From the NCBI GenBank assembly GCA_000934665.2, contig KZ538478.1, positions 47,414 to 67,413 on the forward strand: a DNA stretch of 20,000 nucleotides, in the 5' to 3' direction. The position numbers were made by a program, and so were the translations under genes. Source of the stretch: Catajapyx aquilonaris (Eukaryota). Positions within the stretch are counted from its first letter, which is position 1, and the number at the start of each line of letters is the position of its first letter. Of the stretch, positions 19,482 through 20,000 are shown piece by piece. Below the pieces are notes generated by a model that saw only the letters and a program-made list of their open reading frames with translations, searched no databases and was not told the origin of the DNA.

Positions 19482-20000
19482 CAGCGGTGGATTTCCCATT
19501 AGGCACAATAGGCACTGCCCTAGGGGCGGCCGCGAGTTGCAATAAATAATATTTCTCAAATACAATAATAATAGGAAATTAAGGCGAGATCCCAAAGAAA
19601 AGCAAATTGTTGACAGCTTGATTTGCCACTACATGCAGAAAAGGTAATTGCCAAAGGGCGGCCATAACTTTCAATATAATATTTTTAAAATAAAATAACA
19701 TTTAATAATAATGGATACTCCGTGATAGGCCCCTTGGGCCTCTTAGGGGATCATCTTTTGAATACCCGACTTTAATCATTTGCCTGTAATGTGATGGACT
19801 TTGATAGTGGGAGGAAACGGGAGAACCCCGAGAAAACCCACGCGAACACAGAGAGAACCCATCGAAACTCTATCCACATAAGTATCCTCCGTCCGACCCG
19901 GGGATCGAACTCGGGACCTTAGAGGTGGAAGGCTGCGGCGCTAACCACTCTGCCACCGTGTTGCCCTAAATAAAATAACATTAAATCAGTGGTTCGGGGG
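19482..20000. mobile_element. Possible hAT-like element end, running out of the window
   Basis: CAGCGGTGGATTT start with TAGGCAC repeats, at the point where the host MITE TIR breaks off; partner TIR not seen. Confidence 0.35.
19703..19967 (-). mobile_element. tRNA-derived SINE (S4) with V-domain-like core
   Basis: A box TGGCAGAGTGG, B box GAGTTCGATCC, core GTTCTCTCTGTGTTCGCGTGGGTTTTCTCGGGGTTCTCCCGTTTCCTCCCAC, TSD AAATAAAATAACATT (19688-19702 and 19968-19982). Confidence 0.9.

Noticed and set aside
12520..20000. Upstream Adar exon encoding the start of the split dsRBD
   Set aside because: No dsRBD-like minus-strand exon found; the region is almost entirely TE-derived, so the exon probably lies beyond the window
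1..20000. Prokaryotic systems (CRISPR array, operon, retron)
   Set aside because: Spliceosomal introns, SINEs and LINEs show this is eukaryotic DNA, and no regularly spaced repeat-spacer array was seen

Overview
This is intron-rich invertebrate (probably arthropod) genomic DNA. The minus strand carries the last nine coding exons of an ADAR2-type (Adar) dsRNA adenosine deaminase, which I reconstructed by hand. In transcript order they are 12519-12247, 12156-11991, 11645-11386, 10477-10366, 10278-10122, 8907-8753, 8337-8186, 8111-7924 and 1706-1593 (stop). Together they give 1577 nt with consistent phases and about 525 aa: the end of one dsRBD, a complete dsRBD and an intact deaminase domain. 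The upstream exons lie beyond position 20000, and one intron is GC-AG. The introns and putative 3' UTR are filled with transposable elements: Tc1/mariner foldback MITEs, a Tc1 relic with long TIRs, a hAT deletion derivative, a Harbinger-like element, four tRNA-derived SINEs with a shared 3' stem-loop tail, and a chimeric LINE insertion. The most interesting observation is that the transcript of this dsRNA-editing enzyme is itself rich in long dsRNA. This includes a hairpin with ~190-bp arms about 80 nt after the stop codon, bracketed by alternative poly(A) signals, while the Drosophila-type Ser>Gly auto-recoding codon is non-editable (TCA) here.
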